The translations under genes were made by a program, and so were the position numbers. A stretch of DNA of 64,000 bases from Takakia lepidozioides (lineage: Eukaryota; Plantae; Bryophyta), in NCBI GenBank assembly GCA_030704615.1, contig CM060731.1, positions 4,712,001 through 4,776,000 on the forward strand, given 5' to 3'. Below the pieces are notes generated by a model that saw nothing but the letters and a program-made list of their open reading frames with translations, did not search any database and was not told the DNA's origin. This document shows positions 1 to 13,200 of this stretch, piece by piece. How positions within the stretch are numbered: position 1 is the stretch's first letter; each line of letters opens with the position of its first letter.

Positions 1-799
1 TTAACTTTGCACATGCCACTAGAAGCATTCGTGTCTTTTCCGAATCGACTGCATGTCCACGACCACTCCGGGAACCACTTGGTAGTAAGCGGGACTACTG
101 GAGAGTCGAAACAGACAATGTGGGCCCACGGGGGCATTTCAGACGGCGGACAGAAGTGGGGTCAACGACTCCGGAGTCGTAGCAGAATTCCGAGCTATTT
201 AACGAATTGCGTAAATACATAAAATTTGAAAAAGCCAAAATTACAAGTGGTTGTAATTACTGCACATGCGACTACAAATTTTCTTTCCTAATTCGAGTTA
301 ATGGAATAAATATATTTATTCATTAAAGTGAATATGTAGTCGACTCAACGACTCCATGAACCACTACGCATTCATTGCACCCGTGATTCGGCAGCACATT
401 TGCTGACATGGCTTTCACAAAAAGATGTAAACAAAATGTGGCATTGGGGGAATAGATATTTTAATACGTGTTGCCTCCACCTGGCAGAGACAGAGATGCA
501 AGTGCTGCGTCGGACATGGCGGGACGTGGGAATGCGAATCCTGACACGGCAAGGCCTTCGTATACTGTGAGCGCGCGTAGTGGTTTCTCAGAAGGGTGTG
601 ACATCGGGGTCTTGGTCATTCAACATTTACAGAATGCGCTGGATGGAGGCACAATGGAGCGTGCATACGGGCATGCCCTTCTGGCATCAATTCCCAAGTA
701 TCCACGCAAGGTGAGGTTGCTAAATTGGGTTTTTGCCCGTCTAGTTTTCTGACAGCATGCTCGAAACGTTCATAGTGCCATTGAGTGGCCTTGCAATAA

Positions 800-2060
800 T
801 TTGATGAGTAGCTGCTTTTCCATTTCACAAGTTATGAAGAAGGCGTCACAGAAGAAGATCGCAAAGACGTCAAGGCTGAAGGATATGCCCTTTGGTTGTG
901 AACTACAATCATATCATGCCAAACCCCATTTTCCCCACGCAGATGAGGGAGACATTCTACATTTGCGAGGAGTGGGACTTAATTCTTTGCTTTAGCTTGA
1001 AGGCAGTTGTGACACCAAAGAAACTGGAAACTACCTCCAAGAAAGTTGAAACTCGCAAGATAGTCATGTATTCGTCTCATTATCTCCAAACTGGGATTCC
1101 GAGTTATCAGCCGACCCTTTACATGTGCGCTGGATGGAGTATAATTCTGGTTTAGGCATTTCCTGCCACCAGATGTTCGCTTCTCCAATTTTTACATTTA
1201 AGGATGTGTCTGTGTTTATGGCACTCTTTCTCCCACGGAGGCCTGAGTACCCCCCTGTACTTGCAAGAATTTGATGTGTAGTTGTTTTTCCCTTTCATAA
1301 GTTATGAAGAAGCAGTCACAGAAGAAGATCGCAAAGAGGTCAAGGCTGAAGGCGTTCATTAAGGGTTAGGATTCTAAAATCATATCATGCCAAACCAGCT
1401 TTTCCTGATGCAGATGGTGTCATGAGACATTCTGCGATTTGCGCGTAGGTGGACTTAATTTCGATGTTGACTTAAAGGCAGTTGTGACACCAGAGAAACT
1501 GGAAACTACCTCCAAGAAAGTTGAAACTCGCAAGATAGTCGTGTATCAATCTCGTCATCTCCAACGATTCCGAGTTATCATCTGACCCTTTGGATTCGGA
1601 CTAGATGGAGTATAATTATGGGTTAGGCATGTCTTGCCACCACACATTGGCTTCTCAAATTTTTGCATTTAAGGAGGTCTCTGTGTTTATGGCACTCTTT
1701 CCCCCAATGAGGCTTGAGTACCCCTTTTACTTTCCCGCAATTTGATGTGTAGCTGCTTTTCCATTTCACAGGTTTTCGAGAAGGCGTCACAGAAAAAGAT
1801 CGCAAAGAGGTCAAGGCTGAAGGCGTTCATTAAGGTTGTGAACTACAACCATGTCATGCCAAACCAGCTTTTCCTGTCGCTGATGGTCTCATGAGACATT
1901 CTGCATTTGGGAGTAGGTGGACTTAATTTGGATGTTGACTTGAAGGCAGTTGTGACACTAGAGAAACTGGAACCTACCGCCAAAAAAGTTGAAACTTGCC
2001 AGATAGTCATGTATTCGTCTCGTTTTCTCCAAACTGTGATTTTCAGTTATCATCCAACCC
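800..2060. repeat. ~470-bp diverged tandem repeat, about 2.7 copies, inside the CACTA
   Basis: TTTGATG.GTAG.TG.TTTTCC.TTTCA...GTCACAGAA.AAGATCGCAAAGA.GTCAAGGCTGAAGG recurs at ~800, ~1270 and ~1741. Confidence 0.9.
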
Positions 2061-3400
2061 TGTATGCATGATTTGTGCAGAGGCATGCCTAACTGAAGGA
2101 GTAGGGATATAGTGTGGGTCCACATTCTTCCAACAGAGCCGGCCTTCAAGCTCCAAATTACCTTTGATTCTCTGTTGGTTTTAGCTACAAGAAACCTGCA
2201 TGGATACATGCTCAACTGGAATCTACAGCTGCGGCACAATTGAGCAAAATCAGGCGCTGCTAATGAAGGCACTTCCTTCGAGACCCAATTCACCATGTTT
2301 TTCCCTCTTGTCAGATCCTGCCCTAAATTTTCGGGTTCAATTCTGCAAGTTAGCTGGTTGAGTGAACCTTTGATGGTTTGGAGTGACTTTGACATGATGC
2401 TTCCAATGAGTCAACATGAAAGTATCCAGAAACAGGTGACACATACGAGGCAAAGCGGTGGAATGAACACTTTTGTGACCCTGGCAGTCAATAGTGGGAC
2501 AATCAAGGCAAATGGTGTATGCCTGTTGGATTGCAGAGAGTACCAGATGCAAGACATCATAGGAACTAGTGTGATAAGTTGTGTTAGGTGTTTCCTAGAA
2601 CAAATCTAGGCTACCATTATCGGTTGCAAGCAAGGATGTACGCATCTTTTCTGCAGAGGCAGTGATACCTGAAGGAGCAGGGATGGAGTGTGGGTCCACA
2701 TTCATCCAAGAAGGCCAGATTTCAAGCACAAGATTACCTATGATTCCTTGTGGATCAATAGCGGCAACAAACCTGCATGGGTAGATGGTCAAGTGGAAGC
2801 GCAACAACAGCCGGCTCATATCTGGGAAATCGGGCACTGCTAATGAAGGCACCGCGTTCAACACATTTCAGGCGCTTTTCCCCTCTTATCAAAATTGGCC
2901 CTAAAATTTCATGTTCAATTCTGCAAGTTTGCTACTTCAGTTAATCTTTGACAGTTTGGAGTGACTTTGAAGTGTTGATGCCAATGTCACAACAGGAAAG
3001 TGAGGGGAAACAGGTAACACAGACATCGTCGAAGCTGTGGAATTGCTGACCCTGGCAGGCAACGGTGGGTCAACCGAGGCAAAAGGGTAAATGCATGTTG
3101 AAATATAGAGAGTAGCACATATCCATTGAGCGTAGGAACTAGTGTGATGAGTCTGAATTGGGTTTTTCCTAGAACAAATGAAGGCAGTCATTGTCAACTG
3201 CTAGCACCAAGGCAAGCATGTATGCATGATTTTTGCAGAGCATGGATAGCGAAGGTGCAGAGATAGAGTTTGGATCCAGATTCATCCAAGAAATGTACTG
3301 GGAATGCAGATTTCAATATGATGGCGTGCTGCATCGCGACATAAACCTGCATTTGACATTCAGGGTTAGGATTCATGCAATTTGGTGCTGGTCAGGCCTA
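2061..3400. repeat. ~580-bp diverged tandem repeat, about 2.3 copies, inside the CACTA
   Basis: TGTA(T/C)GCAT...TGCAGAG...GAAGG...G(G/A)TCCA.ATTC.TCCAA recurs at ~2061, ~2637 and ~3219. Confidence 0.85.
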
Positions 3401-4076
3401 CACAATTCCTCCACAAAAGTAGGAGCCCATCCGAGGGATGGGGACCTCGTAAGTGCTTCTTCATTTGGTACTCACCTTGTTTTTGCATCGTACTTGTGCT
3501 GCAAGGGGCAGAGCCATTCATTTGGCTGGAGGTTCAATTCCTCTGCAAGTGAGCTATTCCCGTCTCACTACAATCGGATCAATGTTAATGTGGACGTGGC
3601 AGTACATGAAGCAAAAAAGCTCCTTCACTGGTGAAGAAGACCATGCTGCAACATATGTCATGCTATTGCTTCAAGAGTGTTGCTACTGGGCAGGTGGGAG
3701 AATGCAGCATTGGTGAGAAGGAAAGCAAATGAAGCACAAAAAGGTGCCGTCCGGTCCTGCTCCTTTGGAGACACCCCCCATTCCATTGGTCTTTGTTCCT
3801 GGAAAGCATGCAGATGTGCCAGAAAAGGCATGCACACATTCACGTCTACTTCCCGTATATGAAAACGATCATCTCCTCACATGTCAGAAACAATATTGGC
3901 AAGTAAATATAGGTTTGTTCACAAGTCAGTACGGACCACATTCCGGGACATTATCGATACGATTAACTGTCTCGCCCTTGCGCACTTGCAGGACTGTACA
4001 AAATGGGTTCTAAGGACAGTAAGAGTCCTTAGCACAGCTCTCGTCTAAGAGCTTCCAGCTTAATAGACACTGAGAT

Positions 4077-7000
4077 TCAGCTGGGCTCACTGTCCGTATC
4101 CGAAGAATCTTCCCCTTCACTACCCACATCTGCAATTTGCCTTGCAGTAATTACCAACCCTGGAATGTCTTCCTCATTAAAGGTAACTGCTCCTTCCAAA
4201 CAGACTGGTTCGGCCGTATCTGGTAGATTTCGTGGTTCCCTCAGACCCTCGTGGTCGGCATTCTCCCTTAGGTCCAGATCATGGACGTCGGCCACGACTC
4301 GTTTGGCCCGGGGGTCCTTGTGAAGAACCACCTTCCATCCCGGCGCATGGGTGTCATCTGAAAAGAAAACTTGCTCAACTTGCGATGGGAAGATGAATGG
4401 CTCTTCATCTGGTGGTAGCATTTTTCTGAAATCAGCAAGGAGGAATCCGTACTCATCCCGTTTCATGGTGGTATTCTCTCCCACCATATTGGCTTTTACC
4501 CAAGAACAACGGAATAGAATTGGCTTCACAAGACCATAGTCTACTTTAAGAATCTCTTTGATGACTCCTACATATTGCACAGGGCATGAAATTGGATTCC
4601 GATCTCGTGCACAGCTCCTACTCTCTTGTTCAAAAAATGATGCCACTCCGCTGTCATAAGTCACCAGGAGGCTGGTGTTGGCATCGTCCACTCTATAATG
4701 ATTGCCATATACTTTCATTGAGCGGTACGAAGTGGCAATCAGCCCCGGGGGGAATGATAGACTCACCATGCCCTGATCTGGGTCCTCGTTCTTTAATGCG
4801 TACACTGCAACTGCAGATCTGACCCACACTGCAAAGGGCTGCAGCTCCTCCATTGTTGTGGGGTACTCCACTGGGGATCTGCGCCTACGATCGCCCCTCC
4901 GCCATGCTTTTGCAAATGCACTTCGTTCCGTTTTCAGGCGGACCTTCTCGCTGCGTACTTTCTGGCAGAAACCAAATAGAAGCTGCAACTCAGTCCCCCT
5001 GACCAACACCGTACTGTACATGCATGCCACATGCAGATTGTGCCCTTTCAAGCACACTGTAGTGATGCAGCCTACTTCATAATCACTTGCAAGCAACAAC
5101 ACCAACTACAAAACACCCTCTGTAGTCGTCTGAAGCACCCTGTTAGTACACGATCCCACTCCCATATTGGCCGGAATGACTTGTGATAGTATAGGTAATT
5201 CCAGCATACAAAGACCATTAAAAAAAGCACATGAGGGATGTAAGTTTACACCCACTGTCTCCATGGTGTCATGGTTGTTGTGTTGTTCAGCACATAATCA
5301 TGTGCCACATCCCGTAGGCGCGGGCTCATGGCACGCTTTGTTCCACCACCTTCTAGGACCTCGCCTACAACTCCTTCTTCCTCGTTCTCGTCCCACACCC
5401 GTCGTTGTGTTGCATCAAATGAAGACATATACTCTGTCATGAAGCCCAGGGCTTTGTCGCGGATGTAGCCCTCCGCCATACTCCCCTCTAGTCGTGCCAT
5501 GTTGCGTACATACCCCTTCAGATCCTTCACGTACCTCTCCATGGGGTACATCCAACGGCTGGCTACGGGCCCACACACATGCAGCTCCTCTACAAGATGC
5601 ACTAGCAAGTGCGTCTTGACGTCAAAGAATGATGGAGAGAATTCTTTCTCCAGCAAACAAAGGGTCATAGCCACATCCTCACGCAACGATGTAATGTCCC
5701 TCGGATCCCACACCTTCGCACAAATCTTCCTAAACACTCGACTTACACGCATTATGGCCGTTCGAGGACCCGGTGCCATCGTACCCCGAATGCACACTGG
5801 CAAAATCTGCTGCATCATCACGTGTAGATCATGTGACTTCATCCCCGACCATTTCTTGTTCATGGCGTGCTTTTGGAAAGCACCCGAGAATCCGGTTGGC
5901 ACTTTCATGGCTCCCAATGTCTTCAAAAAGTGCTCTTGCTCTGATTTGGTCAGGACGTATGATGCTGCTGGCATGAGCACTTTGCGAGATCTATTTGGAT
6001 CAGGCCTTAGCCACAGATGTGACCATATCCCTTCAATATCCATGTCCTTTCATACGTTTATCATATCCTTCTCCCCAAAGATCGTCTTCAGAATGTTCTC
6101 ATATAAGTTCTTCTCACAATGCATGGGGTCCAGGAGGTACCGCTGCAAGAGGTCTTGAAATGCTAGATGTCCTCCCATGAGACCAAGTTCCATGGGCAAA
6201 AATAGTAGAATATGTGACAGAAGTTGTCCATGTTACTACGTTCTGCTTTCAACAACTGCACGATCCTCTCCACAGTGAGGTGTATGGCTTCAACATCTAC
6301 TGCATAGTAGTTACACTGACTTAGGAGTTGGTGGAAGGACTCTTGACAGTAAAGGTAATTCCAGGAAGCACAATGTGAAAGAAAGTGAGTGAATGGGGGG
6401 GGGGGGGAATTCATGCACCTTCCAGTATGGCAAATCCCAAAGGATTGTCCGGCGCTTCACCCCGTGCTCCATGGCTGGATCTGCACTACTTCCTTCTCTC
6501 CCTCCAATCTCCATGAACGCCTCTTTCTCCTTTGTAAATTGCAATGTCTCTTCCGGTGTCACAGCATTTGGTGCCATTCTCCTTTCAACACATCCATTGA
6601 AGTGCCTTCCTACTCGTTGATAGGGGTGGTTTCTTGCAAGGTAACGTCGATGCCCCATGTATACTGTCTTCCCCAATGGCTTTGAGTGCCGTGAATCCAC
6701 ATAGGGCCCACAAATAGGGCACCCTTTGTAGCCCTTGGTCCTGCAACCCGCAACAAGGCCATATGCAGGGAATCGTGGATTGACCACATGAGTATGGCAC
6801 GGAGGGTGAAACTCCGTTGCCCTATTGGTTTCAAAATGTCGTAAGCTTCAACTCCAATCCATAGTTCCTGTAGCTCTTCAATCAATGGTTGCAAATACAC
6901 ATCTATGTTTGTATTTGTCACGGACTCTTTGCCTGGAATCAAGAGAGACAACATGACAAAGAGTTTCTTTGTTGTCAACCATGGTGGCAGGTTGTATGCC

Positions 7001-8076
7001 ACCAACTGCACGGGCCATGTGGACCATGTGCAGCTCTTTGATCCGTACGGGTTTACTCCATCCGTAGATACTGCCAATCGCACATTGCGTGGGTCCTCGG
7101 CAAAATCAGGCCAAGTTGCATCTATATGCTTCCATGCAAGGGAATCTGGGACATGCCTTTCCAAACCATCGTTTGAGGCATTCCTGGAATGCCAAGTCAT
7201 GAGCTCACTAATGGTCTTGCATTTGTACATTCGTAATAGACGGGGGATAAGGGGAAAATGCCTCAACACCTTGGCTGGCTGTTGTAACCTGCCCACATCA
7301 TGGTACCGGGCTGCACCGCATTTGGGGCACTCCATAGCGTCCTTGTACTCTCTTCTGAAAAGTACATGTCCTTTTGGACATGCATGTATCTTCACGTAGT
7401 TGAGGCCGAGCTTCCCAATCATTTTGTTAGCCATGTGACAGCTTTTTGGCATTTCATTTGGTTGTGGAAGCAAGTTCAGCCGAAGCAAAGAGAACAACTC
7501 GTTCACAAAATGATTTGAGACACCGTGGGTTGTGCACAGGTTCATCAACAGCATGGTGGCAGCAAGCTTTGTGGATTTGCATCCCTCGTATAGTGGCACA
7601 CATGCTTCTTCTAGTGTCATGTGCATCAAATTCTCATCTCCATCTCCACCTCCTTCCACGCCTTCCCCCACCTGAATGCCTTCATTTCCTGAGTCATCAC
7701 CATTCCCAGTTGTCGCAGCGCTGTCCCCCTCTTCAGCATTGTCCATGATGTGGAATGCTTCCTGCAACATTCGAGTAATGTCCACCCCTCCGTCCATGCC
7801 TGGTTCATGTCCTGTGCCCATGACATAGTCCTGGTCTGGCCTATCTGTATGGCTCCCCCGGGGGTGGGCATTGTCCAATTGTGCCCACTCCTCGTCGTCG
7901 GAGTCTGCAGGTCCATCTCCAATCCACACCCGAAATGCTTTATGTCTTTTGTGGTGAAGGAGATGTGTGCGCACACCGTACTCAGATCTACTTGTAGTGC
8001 CCAAACAACGTTCACATGGGCATGGCATAATTGAAAGCCCAAGGGCTCGGGCACGTGCCACTTCTCTTTCCCACAA
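4077..8076 (-). pseudogene. CACTA TnpD/TNP2-like transposase (Transposase_21, DUF4218 and DUF4216-type regions)
   Basis: Motifs CPCERC, IHACPKGHVLF, LRHFPLIPRL, PRNVRLAVSTDGVNPY, DVYLQPLIEELQELW, LDPMHCEKN, GMKSHDLHVMMQ, GPVASRWMYPMERY and EPFIFPSQVEQVFF. Frameshift near 6770 (WSIHD/FPAYG), in-frame TGA near 6050, introns near 6156-6418 and ~4965-5250. Confidence 0.93.
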
Positions 8077-10010
8077 CCTGTCATCCTAGGTGTTCTGTCT
8101 ACAGGGGTGATTAATTGGAAGTCCTCCGCATGGGTGAGGGGATGTCATTTTTGTTGGGGAGCCTCTGCAATGCAGTTTGTGCACGCCGTTGCAGGGGGCC
8201 GGATTCTCCTCTGCAGAGACTCCTCAATTTGGCTCTGCCACTCCCATTTCACTACAGTCAATTCCCTCCTCCCGCAATCTCAATTTGAAAGGTTCAGCCG
8301 CACATCCTTTGGCAGAGAAGACAATTGACATTTTATACCAACTGGTAGATTCCAGAACATGATGGAAAGTTACACTCTACAGCAAACCATTTAAAAGCCA
8401 TCAAAGATGCTTCCCATCATAACTGGAATCTTTTCAACAAGACACTGAGAGAAATGACCAAAATCGGCTCAAACCTGGAAAACCACCTGCCTCTACAGTT
8501 CGTGTGTGTGTGAGGAATTGGAGGACGTACGTGGAATTTCAATTTTCACGATTCAGGACGTCGTGATCTTGGGCATATGGTCGAATGTGTATGAAATGTG
8601 TGCACTGAAGTGTGAACAACCCGAACAAGGCCATAACCTGCGCCACTTGTCTCAGGCCATGCACAGTGAACTCCAGTCATTGCCGTCATCGTCTGCACAA
8701 TTTCCGGCTGCATCGTTCTTCTCTCAAAATTGCATTACAATCAAAAGTTTGTAGCAGGGGGTAGTTTTCCCCACGCCACCCTCAGCGGAAGAGCGAGACG
8801 GATTGAGGAATCATGTATTGGAAGGTCGAATTGCCTCTACAGATTCGGCCGCGCTCTCCAAATCACGTTTCGGCGGACAATCCCGTTCCGTTGCCTTGAA
8901 TTGCACCGTGGCGGGAAGGGAGTCCATTTGTGTGGCTCTATCACCATGGCGGGAAGGGGAGCATGTTAAGAATGGAGCATTGCCGTGCCACTTCACTCAT
9001 TTGCAGTTTGCAGCTTCTTTCACCATCTTTCTTACTTAATTGTGATTCTTGCAATGTTGCCCTTGAGACGGCAACTGCAAGTGACCGGATCCTTTGATCG
9101 TCGCCTTCAAAGACACTTACGTGTAGCAGATCGTAGACCCCCAAATGCCTGGAGAGAAAGCCAGAGGGCAGTCAATGCATGCACGGTTGTTTTGCACTGG
9201 TTGGGACGGAGTGGGGTGCAGAGGAGGCGTGCTGTGCCGGAGTTCGCATGCCTAACATCCTGCAGCTGGCGGCTTTTGCGAGTTGGGCGGCAGTACCCTC
9301 TGCTGTATGACTACCATTTGTGGTACAGACTCACCGGCCTCCCTTGTCCACTTGGGTCTTGGGACAGTGACTTATGGAGTATGTAGACAGAGTTGCACGT
9401 CGCACAAGTACACCAAAATCTCCCATGCAATTCTCCTTCCATTTCCCATTCATGCTTGCATGTGATCCACGGGGTAATTTCCATGTTCTCCCAACTGATG
9501 TGGGTTCGCAAATTCTTGGTGTGCAGGTGTGTGTGTGAGGACATCAACCTGTCATGGTGCGATGGGTGTCGAATGGACCCTTCTCTGCGATGGGAGAACC
9601 ACAACAGTTGAGTTTGCTTTTGCTGAATTATTTGGCAGAGCACTGTGTTCACTTCTCTCTGATCATGCGCATTTTCTCCAAGAATGCATGTAAAGCGGAG
9701 CCATGCACGGCATCGTTGCAGTGTGTTTCCTTTGCCCAATTTTGAACGAAATAAAGTTAACGGATCCATGTCACTTGTGTGAATCACTACATCTAGTTGT
9801 CTGGAGGATTGTAAGTGGTTATTTCGAAACGTCTCAAAGTCGAAAAGGCCATAGTGTCGGATGCACGACACGTGTTCCTATTTGAAATCAACAACAGCCG
9901 GATCTTCACCCAAGTTTGGGGGGGTGTGTGATCACACTCCCCCCTCCTTGTCCTTCTTTCCTCCTTTGCATGTCTTGCTCTTCCTCGCTCTTCTTTGTTT
10001 TTCATGGTCT

Positions 10011-10312
10011 ATGTCCACGCCTAGTAAGAAGCGCTCGACCGCCGAGGCAGCATCGCCTCCTCGCACTTCTGCACATTCCAGCCCCGCGGTGCGAAGGAGC
10101 CCCCGCCTGGCTCGACTGAATCCACTGAAGATGGCCTCGATGCGAGAGGGAAGGCGGCACGGTGGGCGGTCTTCGAGCTCGGATTCTGACATAAGCGAGT
10201 ACAGCATGGGCGACGACGATGATGTGGAGGACAGTTCGGCGGAAACTGCACCTCCATCTGCAAAGTCAAACTAGAAGATGCGCAAATGGCACAAACCTGC
10301 TGCGCATGGGGT
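10011..10312 (+). pseudogene. First exon of a low-complexity (Ser/Arg/acidic) ORF divergent from the transposase; possible CACTA accessory gene, truncated by the LINE
   Basis: MSTPSKKRS...RRSPRLARL...DDDDVEDSS after a pyrimidine-rich leader; GTGAG donor near 10311. Confidence 0.35.
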
Positions 10313-10330
10313 GAGTTCTACCCCTACTCG

Positions 10331-11515
10331 TGTTTGGCATCCCTTTCTTAATCTCCCGAGGAGATGAATTCAAGGTGAGATGGTGGAGTCTGTTGCAACA
10401 CGTCTTTACCCCAGATATACTCACACCAAAAGCTGTGTCACTATTAACGGACAGAAGTCCAACTTCTTTGACATAGACCAAGGTGTAGCTCAAGGATGTA
10501 CTCTCTCCCCTCTGCTCTTCAATGTTTTCATCAATCAACTCCTCGAGGATGTCGAAAGTGAGGGATTTGGGTTAAGGGTGGGTGATACCACCATACCAGC
10601 CCTTATGTTTGCGGATGACTTTGTAGGCATAGAGGAAACTCCAACCAATCTCCAGGAGTTGATTGATTGCGCGAAGAGATACTTTGATCTTTGGGGGCTA
10701 GAGGCTAATGTCAGCAAATGTGTAGTGGTAGCATTCAACGACAGAGGAGAGGGAGGAAGTGATCTTAAGTGGCAGTGGGGTAGCCAAGAGATCCCGGTCC
10801 TCCCTTCCTACACTTACCTGGGCGTTGAGTTTTCCTCCAATTGTAATTGGGATGCACATATCCGGAAAGTTGTTCAAACGAATGTTAGGGCAAAGCTCCG
10901 GGGCTCACTAAATTTTTCCACTGCAGAGGGGTCAACTCTGAGGCTAAGAAAACCATGCTTTGTCGCGTTATTAGACCTGCCTTGGAGTACGGATCTGCTA
11001 TATGGGTTGATAACTCCAACCAGGCTAAGTCTCTAGAATCCATTCAAGGGGGGGTGCTTAAGGAGTGTATGTCAGCATGCTCCAAAACAGCCAATGTGGC
11101 TGTTCGGGGTGAGTTTGGCATTCCATCCTTAAGCTCCCGACAAGATGAATTCAAGGTCAGATGGTGGGGTCAGCTGCAACATATGCCCAATACCAGATAT
11201 CCTAAGTTAGTCGACTCTATATCTTGGAAACAGGACCGCCCTGTCAGACAGACTAAGTCCTGGCAGAAGAGAGTGGAAGAGATTCTCAAGGACTTGGACC
11301 TGGATCCGCAAGTCTTGACCCTGCTGGATAAATCTAACTTAGAGGCTGTAGTGTCATGTATGCATGTCTGTTGCCATGAGATTGTCTGATGAAAATGAAG
11401 TTAGACAGAAAACTTCCCTGAACTTGTTTCCAGTCAGTGACATGGGGAGGACATCTTCGATGACCTCAAGGGTCTACCCACTCTCGGCACTAGACTGAAA
11501 TTTAAACTCGGGGCA
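10331..11515 (+). mobile_element. 5'-truncated LINE family A copy (RT domain), cut at its 3' side by a CACTA end
   Basis: GVAQGCTLSPLLF and LMFADD; near-identical to 46347-47440; stops at ...AAACTCGGGGCA directly before CACTA. Confidence 0.92.
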
Positions 11516-11850
11516 CACTAGAAGCATTCGTGTCTTTTCCGAATCGACTGCATGTCCAAAACCACTGAGGGAACAACTTTGAGATGTTTGTTACTACTGC
11601 ACAGTCGTAACGGATAAATTCACATTTCTAATGGCGGATAGAAGTTGCATCAATGACTCCGCAGTCGGCACAATATTCGCGGCGATTTAATTCAATTACG
11701 TAAATTGTTTTTTTTTTTAAAACAGCAATTACAAGTGGTTTTAAGCACTAGAGAACGACTCTTAACAACTAGGCATTCATTGCACACCCTATTCAAAAAT
11801 GGAATTTTTATAAGTGCTCCACATGGCTCATGACGTGGAATATTTTAATG
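11516..11850. mobile_element. Second CACTA terminus of the same family
   Basis: First 43 bp identical to 17-59, then related but diverged subterminal blocks such as ATTACAAGTGGTT and GCATTCATTGCAC. Confidence 0.9.
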
Positions 11851-12154
11851 TATTTTAGGGCTTGTGTGGCTCGTAGAGATTGTTCTAATCGTCGGATGTA
11901 AAATGATCTAAGGGTGGAAGAGTAACTTTGTCCTTTGCCTGAATTTGTCTAAGTGTTGGGAGAGGGATGGAGGCTTGAGAGAGAGACGAACAAATGATGC
12001 GAGAAGGACGAAGACCAAATCGAGGCCCATGTCCTGTTGTTGCAAGCGTTTATGGCGTCAAGGGCGCATTATGTGCAAATGTGGGCTCTTGGCTCCCCTT
12101 TGTACCATGATTTGGTATTCTTCCTGATGATCACAAGGTTCTTGGGGGAATCAG

Positions 12155-12318
12155 CTTGGTCTTAGCAACCCATATTTTAATCTCTGCCCGCTCAGCTGCA
12201 CCGTGGTGGTTCTTATAAACCAATCCCACATTACCTGACTAGAGATACAAGCAGCACGCACAAGAGGTCTTCTTGGGTTCATGGTCAGTCTAATCCGCAA
12301 TGGGTCATGACACAAGGT
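12155..12318 (-). repeat. Dispersed repeat shared with 33598-33782, probably an L1-type 3' fragment
   Basis: GCTTGGTCTTA...GCTCAGCTGCACCGTGG...ATGGGTCATGACACAAG at both loci; weak C..SQVMWDW motif. Confidence 0.6.
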
Positions 12319-12329
12319 AGAGGACAATG

Positions 12330-13200
12330 TGGTGAGGGCACCTTCTTCTTCGAGCTATTTCAGCCTGTTTTGCCGAGATGTAGTGTCGTGGAGTGCGATG
12401 CTTGCAGGGTATGCACAGCAGGGACGTGGGATGGAGGCTTTGGAGACCTATGAAGTTGCGAAGGGAGAGTTTGATAACATGGCTGAACAAGATGTTGTCT
12501 CAAGGAACACGCTGAATCTCGCAAGAGATGGCCAGCATGTGTGCGGGATGAGGGCATTGGAGACATATGAGCAAATGTTGAGAAGAGGTGCAGCCTGACC
12601 GGGTCACGTTCATTTGTGTTTGCAATGCATGTGCAAACCTGGCAGCCCTGGAGACTTGGTAAAGGGCAAAGAGGTCCATCGTGACATTGTCAAAGCTGGA
12701 ACTGTACCAGATGTAACAATACCTCGTTGACATGTATGCCAAACGTGGGAGCATTCCCTTGTGGACAAGGAGTGTTTAACAATATGGCTAAGCGAAATGT
12801 GGTGTGGTGGAACGTGATGATCGCAGGACATGCACAACATGGGCGGGGATTGCGGGTTTTGGAGACCTATGAGCAAATGATGTGGGTCTAGGGGGTGAAA
12901 CCCGAGCACATTACGTTTGTTTGTGTTTGTAGTGCATGTGCGAGCCTGTTGGAGAAGGGCAAAGAGGTCCATGGTTGCATCGTCAAAGCTGGAATTGTGG
13001 TAGATGTCATTCTGAACATGAATACCCTTCTAGATAGTGAGTGTGAGCGAAATGTGGTGTCGTGGAAAGTGATGATCGCAGGACATGCACAACAGGGGCG
13101 GGGATTGCAGGTTTTGGAGACCTATGAGCAGTTGATGTGGGAGGGGGTGAAGTCCGACCACATTACGTTCCGAGAGTTCAAATGCCTCTCCACCATGACC
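12330..13200 (+). pseudogene. PLS-class pentatricopeptide repeat (PPR) gene fragment
   Basis: DVVSWSAMLAGYAQQGRGMEALETY, KPEHITFVCVCSACA..LEKGKEVHGCIVKAG and RNVVSWKVMIAGHAQQG; several frameshifts and stops. Confidence 0.9.

Larger units (their letters stand above)
17..10330 (-). mobile_element. CACTA (En/Spm) DNA transposon, one end visible, non-functional
   Basis: Terminus CACTAGAAGCATTCGTGTCTTTTCCGAATCGACTGCATGTCCA at 17-59, followed by short (A/G)ACNACT subterminal repeats; transposase on the minus strand; no inverted partner end found in the window. Confidence 0.85.

Noticed and set aside
4965-5105. N-terminal part of ORF 4077-5105 as a separate gene
   Set aside because: Read-through into an intron; the ORF is the last exon of the transposase
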